62,000 nt of DNA from Lytechinus pictus (GCF_037042905.1 NW_026974140.1:496001-558000); one strand, 5' to 3'; shown: positions 24,378-39,563, counted from the stretch's first letter. The notes: a model not told the origin generated them from the sequence alone. Translations and numbers: made by a program.

Positions 24378-27300
24378 GCTATAGAACAAGTGATATAATT
24401 GTGGTTAAGTTATAAGTGGACAACATTTACTGGATACCTTATTCATATGATGAACTCAGGAGTAATGATGAATTCATATTTCACATAACAATATTGAAAT
24501 TTGACAATGATATGTATTTTTTTGGAATTGAACTACTTCCATGAAGTTATGATTGTGTATTTATTTGAATTACTGCATAATTATCTTTTCTTTGCGAGAC
24601 ATCAAATTCACTTATTTTGCTTGTCATCTTTTATTTAAGCTGAACACTTTGCCTAACATGTTCTTTGTGATGATCTTGTTGTGTCACATGTTGGACTTGT
24701 ATTTATTACCAGCTATATACTTATATGGAAGAAAATATGCAGAAGGTGCTTTCAGTATAGTCAATTCCATATTTATTCCATGCCAAGTTCCAAGTTCTTT
24801 AAAAATATGCATCCACGAATTGTGTTTACTTATGGTGGTATTTTATTGACTGATTTTTCGTTCATGTTCATTTGAATGTGAAAAATGTTATTTTCCATTA
24901 TAATTTATGTTTCACTGAAGTCAACTAGATGTATTTATTACTGTAGTCATGATTTGATTTGTTCTGTTTTTATATGTATATTTTTTTAATTTGTGGGGTC
25001 GCAATTACCGGTATATTAGATTCATGTCATGATAAGTTGCTGTTATCTCAATATTACTGCTATTGATGGTATTTTTATTGAACAAGCAGGTGTTATTCTT
25101 TCTTGGTGGTGCAGTTTAATTATCATTTATTATTCATTCACTTATTTTGCAATTTCTTGATCATAATCAAAATGTTCAACTTTTGTTGATTTTGTAATGG
25201 TGCAATACATGTCTGTAATATTATTCCGTATATTACAAGTTTGAAGAGAAAATAAAGCTGATTGATTAACCAAAATTGTATACTGATTAAAAATTGTTCA
25301 TTGAAAATGTTGAATTGACTGGATGGATATATGAAGACGTGGTTGATTGAAAAGAGTGGACTTTATAAAGAGTTGCCCTTATCCGTGAAGATTGAGAGTA
25401 GAAAGAATGGGAAATGTAATGATGAATTGAGTTGAATAGAGGAAAGGTTGGTTATTGACTGTAGACTAATAAAAAAAATGAAGGTTATTGCTCTCAAATG
25501 ACATGAAAAGACTCGTAAATTTCTTGATTCAATTATTGATCATCCTTTTCTCCTGCTCTTGCCCATTAGTCTCTTTTCTTCTCCCCCCCCCCCCTCTTCT
25601 ATTTCTTCTGTTTCTCCGTCGTTATTCTTTTCCACCTTATTCTTCCCATCCTTCGCCCCCTTCATCTAATTTTCTTGCTCCTTCTCCTTTTGTCTTCTTC
25701 ATATCCTTTGTCGTCTTTCATTATTCTTTTTCTCCACCTCATCCTTTTCTGTTGCTCCTTCATTTTCCTTCCCCTCCCTTTTCTACGTCTCCTCTCTTCT
25801 TCTTGTTCTTCTGCCCACCTGCCCTTATACGTCTCCTACTGCTTTTCCTTCGTTATTCTTCTTTTTCATTTTCTTCTTGTCCTCATTCTCTCTTTTCGTG
25901 TTCTTCTTGCATCTCCTTTTTCTTTATCTTCCATTTTCCTCTTCGTATCCTTCCTCATCATTATTATTCTCATCCCTTTTTACTGCTCCCCCATTCTACA
26001 TGTACGTCTGCTCGTCCTTCGTAATTCTTCTCCTCCTCCCACCTCATCGATTTATGAAGATAAAATTATAAGGAAATGATAGAAATGCTAACGAAGATAA
26101 TACTTATAATAGAGAAATGAAGTAAATTCAGTAAATAAAATCATATCCTACGCTTTTCCTTTGCTTTTCTTTCCTCCGTTTTTTGTTCTTATTTATAGAA
26201 CTTTTGGGAGTCATGGCCCCATCCTTCCATACACAGTGCTGAGCGGTTGGGGTCCGGGGCGGAGCCCCCGAAACTTCTTGATATCAAAGTCATTTAAACC
26301 TCGCAGATTGCCGCTATTTTAATAAATGTTGTATGCAGTCCATCTTTTTTCCGCTCTTTAATTTCAATTATCGGTAGCCCGGTCGTTTTTTTTTTCTTGT
26401 CCTTTTTCTTCGTTTTCCAATTAAGCTTTTTATTAATTAAATTTTACCTTCGTTTCCCGCTATTGTTACCATTTTGTCATCTTTTCATTTATTTCCCACC
26501 GTGCTTTTGCATTACATCGGCCTAGTTCGGAATGATTTGTTCTTTCTCAAATGTTCTTCTTTCGTACATTTTCCCGCTTTCCTTCCTTTTCCATTAAAAA
26601 TGTTTTTTTCTTCGTTTTCTTTTCCCTTTCCCTTTCCTTTTCCTCCTTTCCTTCCCCTTTCTTTCTACCTCCCTTTTTTCTTTTTCCCGTTTTTCTTTTA
26701 TTTTCCCGGTGAAATCCGCCAGGGGGGAGGGGGCAACTTGCCCCCCCCCTGCCCCCCCCCCCGCCTGTTACGCCACTGGCTACGGCATGGTCTTCTGATT
26801 CATGTTAAATTAAATCGACGGGTTGGTTCCCCCACAGTCATTCCAATCGGGCGGAACGGGTAATTATCATAGGTCCAAGAACTCATGGGCAATGACAGAG
26901 CTAGGGAAGCGATCTGCAGATGTAAGAGGGTTTCCTGTTTGCAATTCTCCCACTCCATTTTTGTCACTTGTATTTCTTATTAATCGTTTTACCTCCTCAT
27001 TTCTTTATCCCTTCCCCTTGTCATGTTTCCTTGCATTAATTCTTCTTCCTTTTATCTTTGAATCTTTAATCCATTTTTTCCGTCGCCGCAAATAGGAGCC
27101 CGCTTCAACCCCTATAATCATGTTGCTTTTGTTATCTTTCCTATCCTGATAATTACTGATGTGGTATAAGTGCTTTAGGTTCCTACATTAGCAATTCGAT
27201 AACTATATTTCTTCGGTACACGATTTTCCCTTTCTCTTTCTCATGTTTTTCTTAAATCTTAGTATAGTTATTTTTTTTTCTTCTCTCAATTTCCTTTGAC

Positions 27301-28944
27301 TCATTTTCCTTTTTTATTCACTTATTTTGCTCTGTATATCTTTTCATGAAATATTGCTAGAAGGGGTTCGCAATCAGATTAAAGTTGCGGCCAATTTAAA
27401 TCCGAGCTTTTAGGCTTCATTTTTCTTCATTCTCTTCTTGTTAGCTGAATGAATAAAGAACCGTTTCAACATGGCCACTCCATGTCTAATTTCCCTCTGT
27501 TCCCCTTTCACTCTCTCCCTTCCCCCCTTTATTTCTCCCCCATCGTCCACCAGCTCTCTCTACTTCTTTCCCCTTATTTTCTGTCTCTATCCATTTCAAT
27601 ATTATTTTGTCCCCCCTCTCCCGTTGATTCTCGATCCTAAATTTCTTCCCCTCTCAAATTTCCTTTTTTTTCTCTTTCAACTGTTTTCCTTCCTATTTTT
27701 GTTGACCCTTCCTCTTCTTCCATCCCAATATTATTTTCCTATTTCTCTCTGTTTCCCCTTCCTTTTCTTTCCCTATGACTTGTTAGTTTTCTTCTTCATC
27801 TTTTCACCTTCCCTTTTGGTCCCGCTTCTTTAAAACAAGGAGATAAAGAAATTATCCTGGGGAAATGGTTGTCCGTCGAAAAATTGAACAAACTATTAAC
27901 AACAGTTTCTAATAAATCTTTGATATATCTATGCGTAATAGTGTCAAGCTGTTCCGGTCATATTTATTTTATCATTCTATTTCCTTCTGTCTTTTTTTTT
28001 GTTTGTTTTTGTTTGGGGGGGGGGGGCTCCCGACATTTGTTTCAGATGCGAGTTATAATGAACATTACAAATTGACGTGAATTCTACGAATGGCTTGGGC
28101 CTACGAAACGAAAATGTGCGAAATCTTATTTTCCCACCTAAAACATCATGAATTGACTTTCTTCCAATTGCAAAAAAAAAAGAGGTTTTCATGGTTATTG
28201 CAGCAAATTCGAAAGATCCATAACGATTTATGAAACATGCGTGATTTTTTATTAAGCTACCGTGGCTTTATAAATGCACCCGAACTTCCATTACAGACAT
28301 GATAGATGCGAACCACAGTTCAGAACAGTGACCCGAACTCTCCGATCCGACAGTCAATATGAAGGCACGCATTTGTTTTGGTCGTAGAGGGAGCTATTTA
28401 GAATAGATTCTTCGATATTTCGACAGAAATTAAGACTTGCAGGAAAGACGAACAAAGGAACGGTGGCATCAATGGGCCTTTGATGGCGGCCGTTCCTTTG
28501 AAGAGAAGGGAACGTTGGGCAGGAAAGCCGAAGCGAAAACCCGGATGCAGTAAAGACGGTATAGAACGGTGCATGGACTTTTGACAAGCTCCCTTACACG
28601 ACTCCCTTCTCTCTCGAGCTTGGTCCCCAAGCTAATTAATAACAAACTGTCAACTACTAAGCAGAAGGTAATCAAAAACTCTTAAACAACCTAATTTCAA
28701 CTTTAAGTTTCGAAATACAATAAAAATTTTGTCATATAGTTTCTTGTGACAGATAATTCAGGTTCTGTACAATTTTCTAAAACATAATGTAAAACATAAC
28801 TGAAATCGTGCATTAATTAGAGTCCACAAAAGTCAATATTTTCGCAGTAATGTATCCGTACAAAGCTTGAAGATTGCAATCGAGTTCATTATCATGTATC
28901 CTTCCGAACTGAAAAGTAAGTCCTGGTTATAGTTTGTAGGAAAC

Positions 28945-30590
28945 TCATGTCACAAAATAATCCCGCAGATATGTAGCAGGTCGTCTGTCACGGGAGGGAT
29001 ACCGTCTCACTGACGTTTTTATTTTCAGGTGTGGTTTCTCATATGGCAGTTGGTAATTGCTCATTAGCTGTACCTCCTGCTGTTGCACCATATGTTGCAT
29101 CGCTGGACTGTTGCCTGGTGGCTCTCCAGGTACATCATCATTTGGATGGAATGTCTTCTGAGGAGCATTCCAAAGTGTGGTCGTTTGGCGAAGCTTCATG
29201 TGGTTCACCTGCAAGGGTATCATCTGCGGCCTGGCTTCTGTCTGGTGGATCTCCAGGCACATCCTCATCGGGCGCGACGTCTTCTGGGAAACTCTCAGTA
29301 TCATGGTCAGTTGTCAACGTGTCATATTCTGGTCTGTGAGATGCCTCTTCCCCTTCTGGCGTCCCGTCTGATGGGTCTCCAGGCACCTCGACATCTGGCA
29401 GGATGTCTGCTGGGGAGTCGGTTGCGTCATGCATGATGGCACTACCTGGCCAACCTTGTCCTGATTCTTCATCCGCTGAATTCTCCGGGACCAAGTCTCC
29501 TCCAGCGGGTCTGAATTCCCAAGTGGGAAGCCTGACACCTTGATAGGGCTTCGGCTTATCAATGTGTACGACCAGTGGTTTAGACCTTCCTGACTGTTGA
29601 ATCCTAACATCTGACAGGCGAGTAAAAACTAGGTAGGGGCCAAGCAATCCTGGCAGCAACTCTTTTCTCTGGTCTTCTTCCGAAGCCATACAAATTGCTC
29701 CACATCACAAGGAGCTGTATGTAACTTCCTGTCGGTCTCGGGAGGGGGGAGATCCCAGTCCATAGTCATGGTTGCCTATCGACCTAGCATTAGCATGTTG
29801 GGCGTTTTACCGGTTGCATCCCCTGTGTTGATCGAATGCTGTACCAGACTGGTCTTCCCTAGACCATCTCCATAATCCTGTAGCAATGCCGCCACTTTTC
29901 CCCGCTGGTGCTCAGGAAGTTGCTCTGTACTTCGTTGATAGAGATCTTCTGGATGCTTGGGCACAGAGTTCGACATCTGGTCAGACTGAGGGGCACGGGC
30001 TACCTCTATACCTTCTGCATCAGCTGGAACCCCGACCATGGCTACTAGCAGGCCTTTCTTGCTCAATTCTGTCAAACTGGCAGGGGCTTCCAACAATGCA
30101 ACCCCGCTGATTGTCTTGGAGTAACATCCAGTCACTTCTCCTTTGAGAACAACATCAGGCCCGGCAGGGACAATATTGGTTTCGGAGTCCACGGCTCTGC
30201 AGCAAAATTATCTGCCCTCTTGGTCCTTACGTGGGATAGATTGCCAGGGTGTACGAAGTTCCATCCTATGGCAATCTAGTTCAGCATGCATCTGAATTAA
30301 CATATCAAGACCGATGATACCCTCATTCTTCAATGTAGCCACGGACAGTTCGACCATGAAGACCAATCCTCTAATGTACATTGCCATCGCAGCTTTTCAC
30401 CTGGTGTCTAAAGGCGATCCATCAGCCTGCTGCACCGTGTTAGTCATTTTCTCCAAGATTGGCTGTTTTTCCTTGTCGATCATGTTGAAGACATTGTCAG
30501 CAATAAAAGATTGCGACGATTCAGTATCAATCAGAAATGTAACTGACTGCCCATTGACCTTAGACTCAATAAAAATGCCCTGCCACTTGA
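28945..30590 (-). pseudogene. Gypsy pol remnant: aspartic protease, RT N-terminal stub, integrase C-terminus
   Basis: GIFIESKVNGQSVTFLIDTES (DTG>DTE) and GIIGLDML; LGKTSLVQHSINTGDA joined directly to TGKTPNMLMLGR; GPYLV...VVHIDKPKPYQG; RRYPSRDRRPATYLRDY tail. Confidence 0.85.
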
Positions 30591-30714
30591 TGTTTCCTTA
30601 TATACCAACTCGAACTTGTCCAGCTCCTGGTTGGCCATCCTGTTTAGATGCTTTCTTTCTGTTCCTCCTAAACTTCCTTCATCTTGACTGGAATGACTGG
30701 GTTCCAACCAATCA

Positions 30715-31642
30715 GTATCTAGTAGATTATTTGGGCAGTCGTTCTTGAAATGTCCAGTTCCTTCGCAAAGATGACAGCGTTTGGTGCGTGTCTCTTCATA
30801 AGGGCAATTTCGGGCGAAATGTCCCTGTTGTCCACAGTTATAGCAAACTCCCTCAGACTGTCGTCTCTTCTGAAGCTGTGGTCCAGTGTTGCCTCCCTGT
30901 AATGCAACGGTTAAATGTTTGGTCAGCAAGTCCAACCTAGCTGTAAGTTCAGCTAGCATCTTTTCCATCTTTCTGACGACTTCTGCTGTGTTGGGGCTAG
31001 TAGTGCTCTGTGACTACTCATTGCTTGTCAGTGCCCGACTGTGATGGTGAGACTGTTTGAATTCGTTCCGTTCTGACTCCATCTTAAGGAATGCCTCTGT
31101 GTTCAGAGCGGCCTGTATGGCCTCGTTCAAGGTACGTGGTTGAGCTCGAAACAGACCTTCTCGAATAGCCGGGTTTACCAATGCATCCATGAAATGACTT
31201 CGAGCTAGTTTATCTTGACCATCTGGGCCAAACTTTTGATAGGCCATCCCTGCCACATCTCGGATGTGTGCCCAAGTTCTTGGAGTGTCTCTTGTGGCTT
31301 CCTACGTCGTGCTCTTAGCTCTGCTAGAAATACACCAGCCTTCACTGAAGGACCGAAACGTTGTTTAAGTCTGTTGACCAACTCCTGATATGGCAGTTCC
31401 ATCTCACCATGCTTCGCCAAAAGTTTCAGTGCCGGACCCCTCAAACCAGCTGCCAGGAAATGTGATGCCTGCCAGTCCGTCCAGTTGTTGACGACAGCAC
31501 ATGCCTCGAAATGCTCCAAGTAATCAAGGATTGGAGCCTCCCCGTCGAAGCGATATGGTAACATGCAAGGCTTTGTATAAATGTCATCTGTTGGTCCTTT
31601 GAAAGATGGTCGATTATTACATCTACCATGGTGGTCGCCCAT
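30715..31642 (-). pseudogene. Gypsy gag (frameshifted) with two CCHC knuckles
   Basis: PYRFDGEAPILDYLEHFEACAVVNNW...LRGPAL; RRRKPQETLQEL; FMDAL...PRTLNEAIQAA; CYNCGQQGHFARNC and CHLCEGTGHFKNDC. Confidence 0.9.
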
Positions 31643-33455
31643 TCGGGCAGGGAATTGAGGCAGTCTCTCACCGAACTGGAAACTGTTGGCACATCTGAGG
31701 ACTAGATGACCCAGGAAAGGGAGGCCGGGAAGGGGCGCATTGACTCGTTGGCTCTGCCGAATTTCCTCTTACTGTGTGGTCAGACGTCGTAGGCAGGTTA
31801 TCAAATGTTTAGCGGGAATTTCCTACAGGCGGCATGCGTGGGTAACCGATAGGAGTTGTTCAGTCACCCGCAATCTCTGGTGCGGTACTCCCTGTGATCA
31901 GCCTTCTCGGTTGAAGAGATGGTTTTGCTTCTCGCACTCCGTCATCCATAGCCGATGTCCTAACGCCAGTGGAAGGCATGCTAGCAATTCATGTATCACC
32001 ATAATGTTGGAAGAGCGGAGTGTTCTACTGTGAGTGACGACGTGGCAGTGGAGACCCAAATGTTCGTTGCAAATCAGTGAGTTGTTCGTTGATTTCTGTA
32101 ATATGGTCTTTCACTTGTTGGATCAGCTCCGCAGGTGTTAAATGATAAGCAGGATTCCTTCCATGTTCAACAGCTTACAATGCCGGCCGCTGGAAACGTC
32201 ACGGCGCGCCCTAGGGTGAACGCAGGAGCCCGTAGCGGGTATTTGAGGAGAGCGGACGAGGGCATATGCCTGCGGTTGATACCCTAGGGTGTATGTGGCC
32301 TTGGGTGTTTTCCCTAGGGTATTCACCTGTGCGTTCTTAGTCGAAGCAAGATGTCTAAATTGACACATTCGTTCAAAATTATATGTGATATTAATCCCAT
32401 ATCAAGCATAGGTTTTCAAGGCCGTTTTTTCTCAACCTTCATTGTTGATAAAATGTCTCATAAATATTTAAAAACTTTGGGGTGATAACTGGGATTTCAT
32501 TTTTTTCACCAAATCACTCATTGTGATCGAATACACACTGACATCAGCGTAAAGAGCCCTTTTCCTATTAATATTGTCTCCCGTGGTCGTCCGTTATTTC
32601 ATTCATTGACATCGTTGATCGTGATCTTAAATGCGTTTCTGACATTTGTCGATGTTGGCGTTACCTATCCGGAGTTCGTGCAGGTTACTGTATTATTTCC
32701 CTGCATGGTCATCCTTTATCTTATACCCTGATATCGTTTAGGCGCGAATCCGTGGGATGCAGATACGGGATAGGAGAGAAATAAAAGGGATAATGACATA
32801 TAAAGGCGAAGAAGAAGGGAAAAAGAGAAGGAAATAGATAGAGAAATATAAAAAAAGTGAGGGAAGGGGGAAAGGAGAGAAGGATACAAAAAAGGGAGAA
32901 CAAAACCAAAGAGGTGAAAGAGGGAAGGGGAGGACACAGAAAATAAACAAGGTGAAAAGAAGAAGGGATGATAAGGGAGGGGGAAATAAAAAAAAAAAGA
33001 TGAAGAAAGGAGAGAGAGAAAATAGAAAGGAGGAAAAGGCGAAGGTGAGAGAGAATAGAGGCAGGGTGGAGGGTTAAACAAAGAAAGAAGGAGAAAGAGA
33101 AGGATAAGGGAGGATTTTTTTTTTTAATGTAGGAAATAGATGGGAGGGAAAAATGAAAGTTGTAAAGAGAGAAAATGGGAAGGTGAGGACAAAAAAAAAG
33201 ATGGGAAAAAGAGAGAAAAAGAGATGGACTAGGGAGGGGAAATTAAAAAGGATGGTGACAGGAGAGAAGGATAAGATAGAGGGGAGAAAGGTACCAAAAT
33301 GGAGAAAGAATGATGGAAGGGGAGGACAAAAAAAGAAACAATGAAAATGAGAGAAAAAGAAAGAAGGGATATTACTATTCTCATCAAAATGCTGGAACCC
33401 CTCTTGAATTTTTTTAATTTTCCCCTTATTTTTCCTCTATATATATATCTATCTT

Positions 33456-33496
<41 letters not shown>

Positions 33497-36400
33497 ATAT
33501 GTATGTATCTATCTATCTCAACCACTAGCTCTCATCTCTTCCCGATTTTTATCATTGGACGTCATTTTATATGCGCCTCTCGTCATCAAATTTTCTTTTC
33601 ATTTCTCGTTTAGTTTCTCTCTCAATCCCTCTCTCAAACTATTTTTTCTCTCTTTCAAACATGTAATGCCATGCATAGCCTTGTGAAAATGCATTTACAA
33701 ATATCCTTAGAATTCATGAAACGGTTGTTTCATAATTATATATACAGGTATATACACAGTATAGCCGATAGTGATGCATTATTTAGTTATAAATTTTATT
33801 TTACTCAGTTAGGCACACGCATGATGATTGACAGGGGGTATTTCAACTCGCGGTGTGCCGGAAGGGACGGTCGTACTTGATCTTGGCTTGACTAACTCCT
33901 TTGTTCCCCGCAAATAATTAATGGTTAGGGTTCATTATTGACCTATGAATAGGTCCATGGTTTGATAGTTAGCCTGGGCTTGAGCAACTCCAAAACTCTT
34001 AACAAAAGAAAAGAATTGATTGTATAACTCCATTCTTACTTTGTCGGCAAGTGATAATTAACGAGTTGCAGTAAGTACCCATTCGTTATAGTAGCTTTCG
34101 AAAACACATAATATACGTTTAAACATTGAAGGCAAATGTATCAAGAAAATGTTCAATAGTTATCATATTTCGATCTGCCGCAAAACGCTGTCTTCTATAT
34201 TATAACAAGCTGTAACTTGGTTTTATTTTATTTATTATCATTGAGCTCCCCTCTCATTTCGTCAAATCTACATCCCTCCTTTCAATTGAGGTTCCATATA
34301 CAAATGTTGACATTTCTATAGAAACACAATCCATAGCAATAGGGATATATTATTAAATTACCAGGTATACATCCATGTTATTTTTCCCCCGTTAAGACTA
34401 ATCCAAAATGTTCTATTTTATTTACAACGAAATTGGTGTTATTAATACCGTATAGACAATTTTTGAAAAAAGACATAATGAATATTCGGCTTTTTATCTA
34501 TAACCCTATTCTCAATGATTTGTGATTTGTTTCATTATCTGTGCGTCAATCTGACATCAATTCACGTCAGTTCAATAATATACGAAGTTTATCTGATTTT
34601 AGAAGTTATCCCTTATGTACATGTTCTTACTTTTGAAAAAAAAATCGTCATAGACGCCCATCAGGCACGAAGACATTCTGAATATGCTGTACCGGAAAAA
34701 TGGTCTAACACATTGAAAACGGTTGATACTTACATTCAACACTTAACCAGCTAAATGTACTATTCTGTTCCACACTCTGAGTATATACTTTTGGAATTGT
34801 CTGTCATATTAAAATGAACAGATGTATATATGTTCCGAAATGTTCATGTAGACATAATAAGTCATATCTGAATTCTTTGGTTATTTCAATAGCCTTCACA
34901 AACTAGTCAAGCTGTTTCTTAAAGGGATTGTTTCACTTTGTGAGCAATTTAAAAAATTATCATATTGCTTTTTGAAAATGGTATGAACATTTGACTAACA
35001 GCTCAAAAATACCCATGTGAAAGTTTGGGATCATAACATGTTCGGGAAGTGTTTTTAAAAACTGAAAATCTGAGGCAATGTTTGAAGCGAAAAATGCACT
35101 TCTCGACGGTTGATTCATGATTCTGTTTCAAATTTAAATCGATATTATATAGCGCCACCTTGTGATGTGTGCAAGAAAGTAGGCGGAGCTTACCACGGGG
35201 AATTTCGCTTCTTGCGTGATCTGTGGGCGAAGTTAGTTTGTTTTGGGTTTTTTCTGTGTCTCCGCTCGGTGTGTGCGATAAGCGATCGATGCATGTGCGT
35301 TGCTTATTGCCTGTACTGTGTGAAAGGGTGTAGCTAGCTGTGTGTGTCGCTTGTGCTTAACATTGGGGGAATATCATAGGTCCATGATCATACTGTCAAA
35401 CTGTGTCGAACTCGTGAATGTCCATTCCGTCTGTGGTCTGTACATTTGAATATGCTACATGTATGCCTCATAATGAACTTTGTAGACTTACAGACCATGG
35501 GATTTTGATGAATTTATATTTTGGCGACGTAAATTAGTAGCAAATAAAACGACAACAACAGAAAAGAACGCGACAAACCGGGGCTACAAATACAATCTCG
35601 GATCTACAGTGTAGAGTAATAGTAGTTTTTTTTGTGGATCATGGGGGCCGGGGATGGAGCGTGATTTTCCAGAAGCTATATTGTGCCCCCCCCCAAAAAA
35701 AAAAAAAAAAAAAAATCCCCTCTGTTCTTTTCTTTAGTTTACCTTTGCATGCACTACAAGATATATCATTGTGGTTGTTGATAATTCTCTTTTACCTGGT
35801 CACGATATAGCAAACGTCCGTCGACTGATTCGAGAAGAGAATGCAATATAGCTCCATGTAATGCACTATCATGGAGCTGTAATATGTATCCGAACTCCAC
35901 TCTGGTCATGTTACGTCCACGTAGTCACAGGCCTTCGTGTGTCATGTGCATGTTTACATGCACGGGGCATAACTGGGTAGGAACTCGGAATAAAGGCAGT
36001 GACCTCTCCTCCCCCCCCCCCCCCCTGGCATGGAAACATCCACCATCGTGGTTTTTTTGTGTGTGTGTGTGTTTTTACGTTCTCCACGAGCTCCCCCAAC
36101 AAAGATATTCCCATCCCGGATTTCCCATCCCATCAAAATCTTCGGTAGGCCTATCTCACGTAAGATGCTTATGAGAAACTCCCGGGGAGAAACTATATGA
36201 TCAACATGATCAACGTATTGCCCCCCCCCCCCTCCGATCGATCGGGGCCTATCCGTTTTGGACTTTATTTTGGAACGTGGTAGATAGGGTTGTTGCAAAC
36301 CCAAAACATCTCAACTCCTAGACCCCGGACTATAATGACTATTACTAGTAGACCTACAAATTATTATCCATAAACTTTGTTGGTTTTTTATTTTTTTTAT

Positions 36401-38594
36401 TTGAATGGTTTTTTTGTAAGGGGTAGGAATCGTATTTAATTTTATCCATGATTGGGGTCAATAATTCTTTCAGTTTCTCCGCCATATAATCCGCTCATGA
36501 CATCTTTCAAATCATATCACTTTTCTTTTACATTTTCCATTTCTTTCGGCCGCTCTTTTCTTTTCTTCTGCTTCCCCTCTCTCGATCCTCCTTCCGTAAA
36601 TTCTTTACAGTAAAAAATAAGTCTTGATTTTTTTTTACACATCCCTGATTACTATATGAACCTTACGTGAAAATAGTGTTTTGTGTTCTTTTCTAGCTCG
36701 TTTACCTGAAAACCTGTAAATTGGTTATTGATTTTCTTCATACAATTTATATGAAACCTCAGCGTGTATGAAGCATCCTTTACCTTCGATCTGGTATTGT
36801 TTATATTGGTTGGTTATATTCACGATTAAAAAAATGCATAAATATAAACAAAATAACATTACATAATCAAATAATAAAAAAAAAACAATATAACAAATTA
36901 ACAATATAACAGTAATGAAGCTTACAATGCATGTAATACATAATCGTAGGGATAGACCCGTTTCAGATTGGCTATTGATAGCCAACCTGTTCTTCCCCGG
37001 GGTCCCTAAAAATAAATTGATTAAATTAGCATTACAATATGAAAATTTCTAATAAATACGAGTATAACAAATCAATATAAAACAAATGTAAAATAATATA
37101 TCCTCATGATATCATTCATTTGGGGAAAATAATGAAAAATGAAATAGTGTAATTAGTCACACGTTATCAATCACGAAAGTTCCCTTTTCTGTTCGATCCA
37201 ATCACTGAAACATTCAAATTCCATGGAACAATTAGTCATACATCATCACCACAACTATCACATAACAATACACTTAAATTCGTGTATTTTAAAACAAATT
37301 CTTGTGAATGAGCATAATTGTATTTCCGTCGATATTAAAAGGCCGTCTCTAACAGGGTATGACCCCCCCCCCCTTCCCATGTCGGGGTAAGGGGGAGAGG
37401 GGGAAAATAGAAGTGAGGATGGAAAAAGTGAGAAAGAAGAAAAGTGGAAGAAGGAAAGAAAAAAAATGAAAAGAAAAGAGGCTGTCGGACTGACGCCTAC
37501 CGGAAAAATGATATAACTGTTGGGTCACGAAGGAATGTTCCATTACTCCGTGTATATATATGCTATACCGACAGTGATTATAATATACTGTCACACAGGG
37601 CGGTTCTAATTAATTGCTTCATGTTCCGAGAGAGATTTGAATGTATATAGGTTTTAGGTCTAAATCGCCTTACAATCAAGCCCATTCTTTTTTACGTACA
37701 GTGATTAAAATTGCCCGGCCATAATTATGTCCCAGTCGCCAAAATTGTTAGCTCGCGCTTCGCGCTCGCATCATTCAGACTGTTCCATTATCATCTTCAC
37801 AAGTTTCTTACGTGTTGGGCAGCGCTTTTAAGATATTCACTTTTATGTCAGTAAATTTAGTTCGCGCTACAAACAGCTTGTTCTTTATTGTTTTACAACG
37901 TCCAGTCATGATCAATTATATATTAAAAAAAAATATATTGTTGAGCATGATATACCCTTCGTATTCATTATTACAAGAAGTGCAAAAGGAATGTCTAGTT
38001 TTTATGTCTACATGTAAAAAATAGCTTATTGTGCTTCGCGCTTGCAATTATTGTTTGATGAGGTACATATACTTTGATATTTACATTAAAAAAACCTGCT
38101 TAGAATGTCCAGTTGTCGGGCCATAATAATATTCAGCTCGCGCTATTCGCTCGCATTGTTTAATTTAATGTCCACCATGTCCACAGTGGCGTATCTAGAA
38201 CAAACGAGGCCCGGGCAAGTGCTAAAATCGCACCCCTTTCAAAATATAGGTCTTTTGTGTATATACTCTGCACTCGACCAGTCAAAATAAAACATAATAT
38301 TCTAGTCCGGGTTTTTTTATCATGAAAATGATGCGTATCTAACGAAAACAACGTATGCGAGCGCTAAGCACGTGCCTATTATTTTCAGTATTAAGATCTT
38401 AAAAAGGAATATTCTAAGCACTTTTTGTAATAATTAACATGATGCATATCCAGACAATGAACGCATTCGCGAAGCGCGAGCCGAAAATTATTGATATTGA
38501 GACCTACAATCGGGACGTATCGATGCTTGTCTAATTAAGCATTTCATGCAAGCACGAGGGGCGAGCTGAAAAATTAATATTGAGGGGAAATCTT

Positions 38595-39258
38595 AATAAT
38601 AATGATGATAATGATAATAATTATAATAATAATAATAACAATAATTGGTGGCTTCTTATATAGCGCACGCGTCCACCTTTCGGTGCTCATGGCGCTTGTA
38701 GAAAAATAAACACAACACCCAACAACAATAGAAAACGAAAAAGAATAGAATTTGAATTCTCCTGAATGTTAATGGGAGATCAAAATTTAGTTTTCACTGG
38801 GACTTGAATGTTTCTGTTGATGAAAATATGGCGTAATTGGATAGGCAATCGATTCCATAGCTTAATTTGGTCCTATAACAGAGAATGCATCCCCCCATTT
38901 GTGTCGGGTTCTGGGTGTCTGGAGCAATAGAGCATCAGAATGATGAGCGGAGACTGCGTGAAGGCTGATATTTTGAGATAGAGCTGCGGAGATATTTTGG
39001 GGAAGAGAGAATAAATTGAATAATAGTAAAATAATTTTGAAGGAGATTCTTTTATCAACAGGCAGCCAATGTAAGGACTGGAGGATTGGCGAGATGGAGT
39101 CATACTTTTTAGTGTATGTTAGGAGACGGGCAGCAAAGTTTTGTAGACGTTGAAGTTTTGTCCAATCTTTTTGCGGGAGGTTAAAGAACAATGAGTTTGA
39201 AAAATCTAAACGGGAGTAAATCAAAGCATGGATAATTTTAGGGGCTTTTTGTAGGAAT
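38595..39258 (-). mobile_element. L2/CR1-group LINE 3' fragment
   Basis: HALIYSRLDFSNSL...KLQRLQNFAARLL...ISPILQSLHWLPVDKRISFK; 3' end AGCGCC...GCGCTATATAAG followed by an (ATT)n tail on minus. Confidence 0.88.
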
Positions 39259-39522
39259 TCATGAAAAGGATACGTATCTCATCGGGGTAGGCCCTAATGT
39301 GAGCGCGAAGCGCGAGATGATATTTTGTATATCCTCACCTAAAAATGTATAATGGAGAGTTTTTATCTCCCTCATCAAAATCAGAGCGTGGTGAGAAGCC
39401 TTTACAAACCAGAAAATTATATTTCTGAACTGTTTGCAAGAATTAATGAAAAGAAAGGTATAAAAATAATGCAATGTATAACATGTACATGTATATATGT
39501 ATAACATGTACATGTATAACTT

Positions 39523-39563
<41 letters not shown>

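Larger units (their letters stand above)
28360..32550 (-). mobile_element. Decayed, internally deleted Gypsy/Ty3 LTR retrotransposon
   Basis: On minus: gag, protease, RT N-terminal stub fused to integrase C-terminus, hairpin AGCTTGG-gga-CCAAGCT + PPT GAGAGAGAAGGGAG, then TGTAAGGG LTR start at 28598. Possible degenerate PBS TGATGTCAG at 32546. Outer LTR boundaries are uncertain. Confidence 0.85.

Noticed and set aside
25488..27833. Long Phe/Leu/Ser/Pro-rich ORFs that look like membrane proteins
   Set aside because: They result from CT-rich low-complexity DNA and are open in several frames at once. The same applies to 32716-33344.
32548..32760. 5' LTR of the minus-strand Gypsy
   Set aside because: Only a degenerate LTR end and PBS are visible, with no alignable identity to the 3' LTR at 28360-28598, so it is not called separately.
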